64,000 nt of DNA from Candidatus Eiseniibacteriota bacterium (lineage in GTDB: Bacteria; Eisenbacteria; RBG-16-71-46; SZUA-252): the NCBI GenBank assembly GCA_963703225.1, contig OY969801.1:512001-576000 (forward strand), given 5' to 3'. A program made the position numbers and the translations under genes. A model generated the notes under the pieces. That model did not search any database. It was not told where the DNA came from and saw only the letters and a program-made list of their open reading frames with translations. Below, in pieces: positions 46,774-58,431 of the stretch. How positions within the stretch are numbered: the stretch's first letter is position 1; each line of letters starts with the position of its first letter.

Positions 46774-49033
46774 ACCGCTCAAGGTTCTCGAATCGAGGAA
46801 GCGCGAGAAGGGGCCGGCGTCGAGCCGCCTGGCCCAGCTCATCACGCCCCACGCGAGACGGATCGCGCTCCTGATCGGTTTCCTCGTCTTCACCTGTCTC
46901 CTCTTCCCGCGTGAGCCCGCGTTCGAGGTGACGACGCTCCGGGAAGGATTCCCAGCCCGCCGAGACGTCATCGCCCCGATCCAGTTCTACGTGCTCAAGG
47001 ACCGGGATCGACTCCGCTCGGAGCAGGCGGCCGCCGCGCGGCGCGTGCCGCCGGTTTATTCGATCGATCCCAGCGTGGAGCCGCAGGTGCGCGCGCTGCT
47101 CGATTCGCTGGCGGGCACCGAGGACGCGCCTCCCCTCTCGGGCCGGACAGGAGCGCGCATCGCGCAGCGGCTCCGCACTCTCGGCGTCTCCGCGGGGACG
47201 CTGCGGCTTCTCCAGGGCTCGGAGGGGCGGCGGATCATCGTGCTGGCGCAGCGCATCGCGGAGCAGGCCTACATGGCGGGGCTGCTCCCCGAGATCGAGA
47301 GCGCGCGCCTCGAGACCGACGCCGTGGGCCCTTCGATCGAGCGCGACGGGCTTCACGTCCGGGTTCCCTGGGGCGCGCTCCACGATCGCTCGTCGCTCCG
47401 CGAGCTGGCCTGGGACGAGGGGCAGCGCGCATTCCCCAGCCGGCCCGAAGCGACCCAGGCGCTTCAGGAATTGATCTCGGCCGTGGTCCAGCCGAGCCTT
47501 CGCTACGAGGCGTCGACCACGGAGCGGATCCGCGCCGAGGCGCGATCCGTGGTGGAGCAGTACGACGGCCTGGTAAGGAAGGACGAGAAGATCATCGGAA
47601 GCCATGAGATCGCGACCGCCGAGCACATCCGGAAGCTGGAGTCGCTCCGGGCGTGGAACGCGCGGAGCCGGGCGGCGAACCGGCTGAACCAGGAGCTCTT
47701 GCCGCTCCTGGGGCGCCTCACGCTGATTCTCTTCCTGATCCTCGGCTTTGTCGGGTACTTGCGCCTGAACCATCGGAAGATCTACGAGGACACGAGCCTT
47801 CTCCTGCTACTCGCGATCCTCACCGCGTCCGTGATGGGAGTCGGTTGGGTCGTGGTGAACCAGTTCCGCGGCTACGAGATGCTCATCCCGGTGACCGTTC
47901 TCTCCCTGTCGGCGGCGCTCCTCTTTGGGCAGGCCCTCGCCTTCGCGGCGACGCTCGTCGCGTCCCTCCTCACCGGGGTCGTCTTCGGTCTGGGCCTTCC
48001 ATTCCTCACCGGGAGCGCGCTCGCGGGGATCGCGGCCCTCGCCACCGCCACGGGGGTGCGCCGCCGCCGTGACTTCTACCGCCCGATGCTCTTGATCGCC
48101 TCCGCCTACGCGCTCGCGATCATGGCCATGGGGCTCGTCGACGGCGCCATCGGCACGATCCTCCTGCGACGCGCGCTCTGGGGCGTCGCCGCCGGCTTCG
48201 CGTCCGTGCTCGTGGTGACGCTGATCCTCCCCATCCTGGAAACCCTCTTCTCGGTCACCACCGACATCACGCTCCTCGAGCTCGCCGACCTCAACCGCCC
48301 CATCCTGAGACGGCTGATGCTCGAGGCGCCTGGCACCTACCACCATAGCCTCGTGGTCGGGAGCCTCGCCGAGGCGGGCGCCGCCGCGATCGGGGCGAAT
48401 CCGCTCCTGGGGCGCGTCGACGCCTACTACCACGACATCGGCAAGATCGAGAAGGCGGAGTACTATGTGGAAAACCAGTCGAGCGCGCGGAGTCGGCACG
48501 AAAAGCTCTCGCCGACGATGAGCTGCCTCATCATCGAGGCGCACGTCAGGGAGGGCGCGGAGATCGCGCGCAAGGAGCGGCTCCCCAAGGCGATCGTGGA
48601 CGCGATTCTCGAGCACCACGGGACGACGCTCATGAGCTTCTTCTATCACAAGGCGCGCGAAGGCGACCCGAACGTCGAGGAGCGGGATTTCCGCTACCCG
48701 GGTCCGAAGCCGCGCTCCAAGGAGACGGCTGTTCTCATGCTCGCCGACGCCGTGGAAGCGGCGGCGCGCTCGCTGACGGAGCCGACGCCGAGCCGCATCC
48801 GCGGCGTGGTCACCCGCATTCTCGACGCCCGAGTGAAGGACGGCCAGCTTGACGAAAGCCCGATCACCTTCGAGGACCTCGCGAAGACCCGCGAGAGCTT
48901 CATCCCGATCCTCACCGCGCTCTTCCACGCGCGCGTCGACTACCCCGGCGCCCCCGCCACGGAGCGTCCCAGCCGTCCCAACGGCCGTCGCGTCCACGGA
49001 GAGAAATCCCGGCTTAAGATTGACCACTCTTAA
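46763..49033 (+). CDS. 7TM-HD phosphohydrolase (PgpH-like)
   Basis: Extracellular domain, 7 TM helices, APGTYHHS, YYHDIGK, EHHGT and MLAD. Confidence 0.92.
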
Positions 49034-49475
49034 GTCGCTGGTCCGGGACGCCCTCCTCCGTCTCGGCCGCCCGCGCGCGACCGCCTCGATCGTTCTGACC
49101 GGCGACGCGACCATTCGTATTCTGAACCGCGATTTTCGCGAGGTCGACCAGGCGACCGACGTCCTCTCCTTTCCCCTCGCCGACCCCGAAGCGCTCGAAG
49201 ACCCGACGCGTCCGGTCTTCCTCGGGGAGATCTACGTTTCCATCGAAACGGCTCGGGCGCAGGCCCGCGCCGCGCGACGCCCCTACGCGCGCGAGGTCGC
49301 CCACCTCGTGATCCACGGCCTGCTGCATCTCCTCGGCCATGACCATCAATCGGGCGCCGCGAGGCGTCGCATGGCGGCGCTTGAATCGCGGCTCATGCGC
49401 GCCCTTTCCCGCCAAATTGCCGCGCTCGGGGCTGTCAGCCACACCGGGCGAAGTGGTAAGATGGCACGATGTTGA
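49020..49475 (+). CDS. ybeY: rRNA maturation endoribonuclease YbeY
   Basis: LNRDFR...TDVLSFP, LGEI and HGLLHLLGHDH. Start approximate. Confidence 0.92.
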   Translation: MTTLKSLVRDALLRLGRPRATASIVLTGDATIRILNRDFREVDQATDVLSFPLADPEALEDPTRPVFLGEIYVSIETARAQARAARRPYAREVAHLVIHGLLHLLGHDHQSGAARRRMAALESRLMRALSRQIAALGAVSHTGRSGKMARC

Positions 49476-50116
49476 AACGTTTGCGGACCTACTTCCTGAC
49501 GGGGCTTTTGGTCCTTTCCCCCGTCGTGATCACGGCCTACGTGCTCTGGAAGCTCTTCATCTTCGTCGACCACCTGCTCGGCGCCACGATGCGCGGCGGA
49601 TATATCCGCCCCGGAGGGGTGCCGGGTCTCGGCTTCGTCACCGTCATCATCCTCATCACGATTACCGGCGCGTTCGCGAACAACTTCCTGGGCCGCTCGC
49701 TGGGCGGCATCATCGAAGGGCTGATCCTCAGGGTCCCGTTTCTCCGGGGCCTCTACGGAACCCTCAAGGAGATGGGCGAGGCGATCCTGAGCGAGCGAAA
49801 AGGAGCGTTTCAGCGGGTCGTGCTGGTGCCCTACCCCTCGGCCGGAGTGTACTCGATCGGCCTCGTGACCTCGGCGCCCCCGCGCTCCATGGACGAAGCG
49901 GTGGGGGAGCCGCTGGAGGGGGTCTTCATTCCGACGCCGCCCAACCCGACCACCGGTCCGCTCGTCTACTACCCGCGGAACCAGCTCATTCCGACGACGC
50001 TCCGCGTGGAGCAGGCCCTCAAGATGGTCGTCTCGGGCGGGGTGGTCGTCCCGGCCGAGCCAGGGGTCGCCGCCGGGGAGGCCCCGTCCGCGTCTCCCCA
50101 GCATGGAGCGCGGTAA
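49469..50116 (+). CDS. DUF502 membrane protein
   Basis: YFLTGLL, VLVPYP, VFIPTPPNPTTG and SGG. Confidence 0.9.
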   Translation: MLKRLRTYFLTGLLVLSPVVITAYVLWKLFIFVDHLLGATMRGGYIRPGGVPGLGFVTVIILITITGAFANNFLGRSLGGIIEGLILRVPFLRGLYGTLKEMGEAILSERKGAFQRVVLVPYPSAGVYSIGLVTSAPPRSMDEAVGEPLEGVFIPTPPNPTTGPLVYYPRNQLIPTTLRVEQALKMVVSGGVVVPAEPGVAAGEAPSASPQHGAR

Positions 50117-50118
50117 GC

Positions 50119-50894
50119 GTGGCGATCGTCCAGACCGACGCGCTCGTCCTTCGGTCCTACCGCCTCGGGGAGACGAGCTTGATCGTCCACCTCTTCACCG
50201 GCGATCACGGCCTCATGCGCTGCGTCGCCAAGGGCGCCCGCGGACCCAAGAGCCGATTCGGTGCTTCCCTCGAGCCTGGCGTCAAGGTCAGTGTCGTCGT
50301 CTACCGAAAGCTCTCACGCGACCTTCAGCTCCTCTCCAAAGCCGACATACTCGCGTATTGGCCCTCCCTCTGGGAGGACCCGGAGCGCTTCGCCCGAGCG
50401 GGCGCCGTGCTTGAATTTCTCGACCGCGCGGCGTATGGCGAGGCCGGGGACGCCCCGCTCCTCGACCTGGCGACCGACACCCTCGCCGCGATGAGCGCGG
50501 CACCCATGGCCGCCCTGGAGGCGATCCTCCGCGGTTTCGAGATCCAGGCTCTCCAGCGCTTGGGTCTCGCGCCCGAGCTGTGGGCCTGTCTCGAGTGCAG
50601 GGGGCCGCTCGACCGGGGTGGTCTCTTCCATCCCATTCGGGGCGGCCTTCTCTGCGGCGCGCCCTGCGGCGGCGACGGCGGCGCATTCCGTATCTCGGAG
50701 CGCGCGCGGAAGACCCTCATCGGGCTGGGAGAGCATTCCGCGGCTTCGATCGGTGGCTGGGCGATGGAGCGTTATCCCGGGCCCGAGGTCTCCCGCTCCA
50801 TCGAGCGATTTCTCTCGGCGCACCTGGAGCGGTTCGAGGGGCTCAAGTCGCAGCGCGTGGGCGAGCGGATGGCGCACTACCTGGGGAACGGCCG

Positions 50895-50898
<4 letters not shown>
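50119..50898 (+). CDS. recO: DNA repair protein RecO
   Basis: VLR....ETS.I..FT, AKGAR..KSRF and a CxxC zinc site. Confidence 0.92.
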
Positions 50899-51822
<924 letters not shown>

Positions 51823-51830
<8 letters not shown>

Positions 51831-53943
51831 GAGCCTGCTCCTCGAGGTCGGCTGCGAAGAGCTCCCGGCCGGGTTCCTCGACCCTGCGTTGGGGGAGCTG
51901 GAAAGCCTCGCGCGCGCGGGGTTGGCGGAAGCCCGTCTCACATACGCGGCGCTCCGCGTCACCGGAACACCCCGCCGCCTGTCCCTGCTTGTCGACGGGC
52001 TCGCCGATCGACAGGCGGACCTGAATCGGGAAGTGATGGGCCCCGCGGTCCGCGTGGCCTACGACGCCTCAGGTCAACCAACCAACGCCGCCCGCGGCTT
52101 CGCGAAGGGAGCCGGCGTTTCCGTGGAGTCGCTCACTCGGGTCACGACGCCGAAGGGGGAGTACCTCCTCGCCCGGGTCCTCGACTCCGGGAAATCCGCC
52201 GCGGATGTGCTCCCCCGTCTCTTGAGCGCGTGGACGCTCGGTCTTCACTTTCCCAAGACGATGCACTGGGAGGGGCCGGCCCGCTTCGCCCGGCCCGTGC
52301 GCTGGCTGGTCGCCCTCCTCGGCAGCACGGTTCTCCCCCTCGAGCTGTTCGGGGTCCAAGCGGGGAAGAAGAGCCGCGGACACCGCACCATCGCTCCCGA
52401 TTGGTTCGAGGTGCGGCGGGCGGCCGACTACGCCAGCGCCCTCCGCGAACGGGGCGTCATGCTCGATCCGGAGTCGCGGCGCGAAGCGATCGCCGAGGAG
52501 CTGAGCCGGGCCGCGAAGAAGGTCTCCGGTCTGCCCGTCGAGGACCGGGAGCTGGTCGAGGAGGTGGCGAACCTCGTCGAGTGGCCCGAAGCCGTCCTCG
52601 GCTCCTTCGATCCCGAGTACTTGAAGCTACCCCGCGCCGTGGTCGTGACCGCGATGCGCGCGCATCAGCGCTACTTCGCCATCCAGGCCAAGGACGGCTC
52701 GCTTTCCCCCCACTTCGTCATGATCCGAAGCGGTCGCGGCGAGGGAGCCGATCAGATTCGACGCGGCACCGAGATCGTACTTCGCGCCCGGCTCGAGGAC
52801 GCCCGCTTCTACTGGGAGAACGACCTCAAAGGCGGACTCGAGGCGAAGCTGCCGGGGCTCAAGGGGATCGTCTGGCACGAACGACTCGGGACGATTTATG
52901 ACCGCACCCTGCGCCTCGGGGAGCTCGCGGAGGAGCTGGCGCGCGTGCTCGCCCCGAGCGCCCGCGCGGCCGTCGCCCGGGCCGCGCGGCTCTGCAAAGC
53001 CGACCTCGCGAGCGAGATGGTCCGTTCGGGGAAGGAGTTCGCCTCCCTCCAGGGAATCATCGGCGCCGAGTACGCCGCGGTCTCGGGGGAGCCGCCTGCG
53101 GTGGTCCAGGCCATCCGGGAGCACTACCTCCCCGAGGGGCCATCCGATCCGATCCCGACCACCGCCGAAGGGAGGCTCCTGAGCCTGGCCGACAAGATCG
53201 AGGCGATTGTTGGCGGCTTTCGGGCCGGGCTCACGGTCTCCGGGTCCCAAGACCCCTACGGCCTGCGGCGGGCTGGAAATGGCATCGTCCGGATACTCTT
53301 GGAAGCCGGATGGCGGGTCGACGTCCTGGAATGCGCCAAATGGCTGGAGGGGGTTTACGACAAGGCGGGAGTCGCGAAGGCCGCGTCTTCCGGGCTTTCG
53401 GAGTACTGGATCCAGAGGCTCGAGAGCGCCCTGGCGGACCGCGGGATCGGGAGCGAGACCGCGGCGGCCGTTCTTGCCGTCAGGCCCGGCGACCCGGTTG
53501 ACGTCCTGGGCCGCTCACAGGCCATCGACAAGATCCGGCAAAGCCCTGATTTCGAAGGACTTATGATCGGATATCGGCGCGCTGCCAACATCCTCCGAAC
53601 CGCCTCGCCTGAAGACGTCGCCACTTCCGGCCAGCCCTTGGCGGAGCGGGCTGAGGCCTTCGGAGAAAAGGCGGAGGCGGACCTACACCTAGAGACGAAG
53701 ATGGCGAGGCAGGCGGTGGAGAGCTACCTAAAGGCCCCGCGACCGGATTACCCGGCGATCCTCAGCCATCTGCTCGGGCTCCGCCCCTCGATTGACCGAT
53801 TCTTTGAAGCAGTGATGGTCATGGCGGAAGACCCTGTCGTCAGAAAGAGACGCCTTGGCCTGCTCCAGGCCGTCTGCCAAACATTCCTCAGAATTGCCGA
53901 TTTCTCGGCCCTCCCATCGGCTCCAGATCAAAAATCCGTTTGA
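51823..53943 (+). CDS. glyS: Glycine-tRNA ligase beta subunit
   Basis: [31 protein letters not shown] and [10 protein letters not shown]. Confidence 0.96.
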
Positions 53944-53968
53944 CATTAGGGGCTTTTTGACCTATACT
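53940..53968 (+). promoter_or_regulatory. Near-consensus sigma70 promoter overlapping the glyS stop
   Basis: TTGACA-17-TATACT. Confidence 0.8.
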
Positions 53969-53974
53969 GGGTGG

Positions 53975-54402
53975 GTAAAGGAGACAAAATAACTTGTCTC
54001 CTGGAGCCGCAACCGCTAGAACCTATTGACCTTACACCTGACGAACGACATCGCCCGGGCTGACGGTGCGGCTCGCTTTGTCTTCGGTTAGGTTTGCGTC
54101 TGGAAACTGCGCTATCAAATAGAGATCTGATTTTCGAAGGGGGTGAGAACACTTCGGGTTAGCGCTTACTGATTCTTACGAAAAGACTTGATTGAACCCA
54201 AAATCCAGAAATATGAGGAAAGGAGGTCGGTGATCAACGCGAAGAGGAGCCCTATGGATGCTCGGTACTGTCCCAACGAGCGGGCGCCTCGATGCTCCAC
54301 TCCAAGCTCAACGAGTTGTACCAGGTCCCGTGAAGTTAGGTTCCAAATCTAGTCCTCCCGGTATTGGACTCCGAGTTAGGAAACGCTAAGGAGGATGTGA
54401 AA
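53975..54402 (+). other. Long structured 5' leader (or sRNA) before the large secreted protein
   Basis: Hairpin AGGAGACAA/TTGTCTCCT (53979-54002), stem GAGCCGCAACCG/CGGTGCGGCTC (54004-54074), an orphan SD near 54218-54227 and short uORFs. Confidence 0.5.
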
Positions 54403-57400
54403 ATGCGGAAAACCTTTTTTGCCATGCTTGGACTCGTGGCGATCGCTGGTTGGGCGCTGCCCGCGGCGGCGGCTCCCACGTCCGGCGGGCTAGTCACAGA
54501 TCCGCCGGCTATGCGTCCGGAGCCGGTCTCCCTCGAGAACAGGGCCGGAAACATCGGCGCAACGGCCCGCGGCGAGCGGTTGAACCAGGGTGCCCTTATG
54601 AGCGGCACGCTGCTCAAGCAGACCGCCGTAACCACCGTCTGGTACCTCTATCCGGGTGCCTGCGTGCAGCGTGCCCTCGGCACTTGGGCGCCCAAGTCGA
54701 CTCCGGTGGCCGATAGCCTCCAGCCGACGGCCGGGTTCCCGAACAGCGCGGGGTACACCGCCAATCAGCCGGACATCGCCGGCAACAACAACACCATCGC
54801 CTACACGCGTCTCGACAATTCGCTTCCCGAGAGGCTCTGGCACGTCGTGAACGTCGGCGTCCCGGCGGCTGAGCGTCCGGCGATCATCAACGGATCGAAT
54901 AGCATCTGGTGCGGAAAGTACGACCCCACCGTGAACGGTGTCGCGGTCGGCTATCCAAACCTGACGTTCCAGATCCTGTACATCGACACGGGTTCGCACG
55001 CGGGCCCCACGTACCACCTGACGTTCAATGGCGTCCTCGGCACCGAGCAGAATTACGACTACAACACCATCATCGGTGGTGGTGGGTTGGGACAGCTGGA
55101 TCACAACGATCCACTCACCAACCGCCGCGACCTGTTTATCCCGATGATCCCGTCGTCCACCGCGGGCCAGATCACCGCGGGGCCGTACGGTGACTCGGAC
55201 AACATCGTCGTCTTCACGGGGAACATTCAAGCCCCGCAAGTGCGCACCCAGAATCACACGGGCGTGTTCTCCAACTCGATCGTCGTGGGCGCCGCGGCTG
55301 GATTCCCGACAACGCAGCCCTACGACATCACGATCGATGGCGATCATCGGGCGATCTACTGGTGCTTCACGGCCGACTGCTTGGCCTCGCCCTTTGACGC
55401 AGGCTGGCCGGAGAGCAACGGGCAGATCATCGATGACATCGCGACCAGCGACAACGGGGCGATCTACACGGATCAGGCCGAGGCTGGAACGCCCGATGCG
55501 ACCCCGGGCGGCTCGGTCATCGTGGGTACCTACGGATCAGCGGGATATGTTGCCTCCCGTATTCCTCCCGGTATCGGCGAACTCTGGCAGCTCGCGATTG
55601 GGACCGACAATCCCACTTCGGACCAGTGCGCGCTCCAGCAGGCGACCTCGTCGGCCCTGTTCTTCGAGGGCGGCGACCCGAACACCAATCTCGCCATCAA
55701 CAAGCAGTACAACTCGGTCGTGACCTGCGCCTTCCCGATTCCTGCCGGAACCGCATCGGTCCAGGCGTTCTGGAACGAGTACCTCGACCTGCCGCGATTC
55801 GCTGGTTACGTGCAGCAGACCGAGTTCCGCGCGTTTAAGGCCGGGGCCTGGGGCGTCTGGGATCCATCGTCTGCGGGCGGTGGCGTCGTCACCGGCGCGA
55901 ACCAAGCGTGGCTATTGGACGGAGACGAGCTGGGATCGGCGGTGCAGGCCGACTCGGTCCAGGTTCGCTACAACCTACAGTGCATTCCTCCGTTCGCGGC
56001 CGACCTGGTGAACTGCTCTAGTACCCAGTCGAACGCGCTCTTATATGACGACTTCCGGCTTATGATCACGTCGGGAGTCCCGTCACCGATCTTTGGGATC
56101 TTCCCTGGATCGATCGCCCAGACGACGTTCGTTGATGGCCAGATCGGCTCGACTGTGGCCGGTGCGCCAAGCAACTGCGGGGCCAACGTCGGCCATTGCT
56201 GGCCTGGGAACCGTGGGTCGGGCCTGGGCACCCCGGCGGACCACAACATCGCCATCCATGACAACTGGAACCAGACCCTGGGCGACACGGTCGTTCTGGC
56301 CATCGTCACAGGTCTGCGCAAGAATGGGATGGGGATCAACTGGAAGCACGGGTTGGACAAGTCCATCGACAAGGGCGAGAACTATCTCGCCCGGACGAAT
56401 GGTTCCTACAACCCCGCGTTTGACTTCCCGCGGATGATCTACCGCCTGTTCGACCCGGCCACGAAGACGTGGAGCAACTTCGACTCCTGCGAGATCTACG
56501 CGCACGTTTCGATCGCGGGACCGGACACGTTCATCACCGGTATCGGGGCGCCTTCGTCCTACGCCATCAACTGGCCGCCGCCTGACAAGGTCGCAGCCGG
56601 CGCTTCGCTCCCGGGCGGCTTCTCGATCAACGGGACCACGCTGTATTCCGCACTGTCGTTCCTGCCCAGGGGCACGCGGATGCAGTACTACTTCAAGGGC
56701 GTCGACATCCTCGGCGGAACTTCCTGGCAGTTCACGTCCGACTTCCTCGCCCGCGAAGTTGAGGATCTGCCGACCCTGCCTGGCAGCTCGCTCAGGCCCC
56801 CGGACATCATCGAGTTCCGCGTTCTTCCGGGCGCCTATCCAGCAGGACCTGCGGGCTCGTTGTTGGCTGGTAAGACCGACGCCGACGTCTTGAATATGGA
56901 CTTCACCTACACCACGTGGGCCTTTGGGTACGATCCTGTGACCCAGGCGTTGCGTGGGTTGGGCGTCCGCAACGATCGGTATCGCCACACCAGCAGCGGC
57001 ACGACCGCGCACAACGTCGGCGGTCATGAGCTTCCGGGCACGCGTCCCGATCGTCTGAGCAACTTCTTCCCGAACTACCTCGAATACCCGATCGCGGACT
57101 CGCTGGCCTCCTGGTATCGGATCTTCATCCAGAACGGCCACACGACCACGGTTACGGTATTCAGCGAGCAGGACGCGATCCTTGCCCAGCAGTGGTGGGC
57201 ACGGGATACCGGCTCGAACCAAGGCGATCGCTGCATCTTGATGACCGGCGACGACGTCATGAACACGCTGCTCAACACCACGGGCGTCATGACCACGAAT
57301 CAGGTCAGCCTCGCCCAGGATGTGTTCGGCGTCAATTCGGTCACCAATGCGTGGTCAGGCACGGTTGGAACGCCCACGCCAGTGATCGACGACCGCTTCG

Positions 57401-58224
57401 CGGCGGCGAGCGCTGGACCGGCCCTCGCGGCAGCCAACACGTACACGTATCCAGTGGACGGTACCTGCCCGGGTCCGAACAAGTTCGACGCGTTCGTGAA
57501 GGTGGGATCTGCGGACGCGGTGAGCGCGGTGTTCTATCCGAATCTCCAGATCGCTGGCATGGCTCGGATGAGCGAGCGGGACGCCGTTTCCGACAAGGAC
57601 CGCAACAAGGCCCTATCGTATGGCTTCTCGATTCAGTTCATCCGCGATCCGGCCTACAGCCAGATCAACCCGAACTACTCTCGTTCTGGCGTTGAGAACC
57701 GGATGCGAGTGCTCTACAAGTTCATCACGAGCTGCCGCGGTCCTCGTACGTCCGCTGCTGCTGACACCGGCAAGTGCTGGCCGTGCCCGAGCCCCGGAAC
57801 GACCCTCGCCCTGATGCAGGCAGATTGGGCGACGCAGTCGGCCGGATTCGTGACCGGAACGTGGGGACCGCTCTACCCGATCCAGGCTGGCGCGCTTGCT
57901 ACCGGCATCGACCCGGGTGATGGTGGTGAGGGTGCTCCGCGCATCAACAAGATCAACGGCAACTTCCCGAACCCGTTCAACCCGCAGACCGCGATCCGCT
58001 TCTCGAGCGCGCAGGCGGGCAAGGGTGAGATCCGCATCTTCAGCGTGGGTGGGCAGCTGGTCCGTACGCTGCGCGCCAACGTGACCGTGGGTGCGAACGA
58101 AGTCCGTTGGAATGGCAAGAAGAGCGACGGCACGTCGCTCGCAAGCGGGGTCTACTTCTACAAGATCGTCTTCCCGAACGGGGAGTCGTTCCGCGCACCG
58201 AACAACCTGGTGCTCGTGAAGTAG
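54403..58224 (+). CDS. Large secreted Cys-rich surface protein with a C-terminal FlgD-Ig/T9SS-like sorting domain
   Basis: SD TAAGGAGG, Sec signal (MRKTFFAML...PAAA) and C-terminal NFPNPFNP.T.I.F...GQLVRTL...WNG....LASGVYFY...LVLVK. Confidence 0.9.
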   Translation: MRKTFFAMLGLVAIAGWALPAAAAPTSGGLVTDPPAMRPEPVSLENRAGNIGATARGERLNQGALMSGTLLKQTAVTTVWYLYPGACVQRALGTWAPKSTPVADSLQPTAGFPNSAGYTANQPDIAGNNNTIAYTRLDNSLPERLWHVVNVGVPAAERPAIINGSNSIWCGKYDPTVNGVAVGYPNLTFQILYIDTGSHAGPTYHLTFNGVLGTEQNYDYNTIIGGGGLGQLDHNDPLTNRRDLFIPMIPSSTAGQITAGPYGDSDNIVVFTGNIQAPQVRTQNHTGVFSNSIVVGAAAGFPTTQPYDITIDGDHRAIYWCFTADCLASPFDAGWPESNGQIIDDIATSDNGAIYTDQAEAGTPDATPGGSVIVGTYGSAGYVASRIPPGIGELWQLAIGTDNPTSDQCALQQATSSALFFEGGDPNTNLAINKQYNSVVTCAFPIPAGTASVQAFWNEYLDLPRFAGYVQQTEFRAFKAGAWGVWDPSSAGGGVVTGANQAWLLDGDELGSAVQADSVQVRYNLQCIPPFAADLVNCSSTQSNALLYDDFRLMITSGVPSPIFGIFPGSIAQTTFVDGQIGSTVAGAPSNCGANVGHCWPGNRGSGLGTPADHNIAIHDNWNQTLGDTVVLAIVTGLRKNGMGINWKHGLDKSIDKGENYLARTNGSYNPAFDFPRMIYRLFDPATKTWSNFDSCEIYAHVSIAGPDTFITGIGAPSSYAINWPPPDKVAAGASLPGGFSINGTTLYSALSFLPRGTRMQYYFKGVDILGGTSWQFTSDFLAREVEDLPTLPGSSLRPPDIIEFRVLPGAYPAGPAGSLLAGKTDADVLNMDFTYTTWAFGYDPVTQALRGLGVRNDRYRHTSSGTTAHNVGGHELPGTRPDRLSNFFPNYLEYPIADSLASWYRIFIQNGHTTTVTVFSEQDAILAQQWWARDTGSNQGDRCILMTGDDVMNTLLNTTGVMTTNQVSLAQDVFGVNSVTNAWSGTVGTPTPVIDDRFAAASAGPALAAANTYTYPVDGTCPGPNKFDAFVKVGSADAVSAVFYPNLQIAGMARMSERDAVSDKDRNKALSYGFSIQFIRDPAYSQINPNYSRSGVENRMRVLYKFITSCRGPRTSAAADTGKCWPCPSPGTTLALMQADWATQSAGFVTGTWGPLYPIQAGALATGIDPGDGGEGAPRINKINGNFPNPFNPQTAIRFSSAQAGKGEIRIFSVGGQLVRTLRANVTVGANEVRWNGKKSDGTSLASGVYFYKIVFPNGESFRAPNNLVLVK

Positions 58225-58258
58225 CCCAGCAAGAGCAGTTGTCGAGCTGTATCGGAAG

Positions 58259-58298
58259 GGCCGCCGGGGGTAACACCCCGGCGGCCTTATCCGTTTTG
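58259..58298 (+). terminator. Intrinsic terminator
   Basis: 11-bp stem GGCCGCCGGGG/CCCCGGCGGCC followed by TTATCCGTTTT. Confidence 0.8.
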
Positions 58299-58347
58299 TG
58301 GGCCCAGGGATACGAGGAGGGGAGCGCCGGGGAAGCGGAAAATGGCG

Positions 58348-58377
58348 TTGACAGGGTCACCCTGGCGCTGCTAGCTT
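58348..58377 (+). promoter_or_regulatory. Sigma70 promoter with a palindrome in the spacer
   Basis: TTGACA-18-TAGCTT with TGn. CAGGGTCACCCTG at 58352-58364. Confidence 0.55.
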
Positions 58378-58431
58378 TTGGTGGTCCCCAAACCAGCACC
58401 CAAATGCCTGCCGGCGCCTAACCCATAGTTC

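Noticed and set aside
49462..49477. TGGCACGATGTTGA as a sigma54 promoter
   Set aside because: Lacks GC at -12, the spacing is off, and it overlaps the DUF502 start codon.
53975..54402. Known riboswitch, T-box, tRNA or 16S fragment in the long leader
   Set aside because: I recognise no aptamer consensus or cloverleaf. AAAGGAGGT is only an SD-like match. An Rfam scan is needed to exclude this fully.
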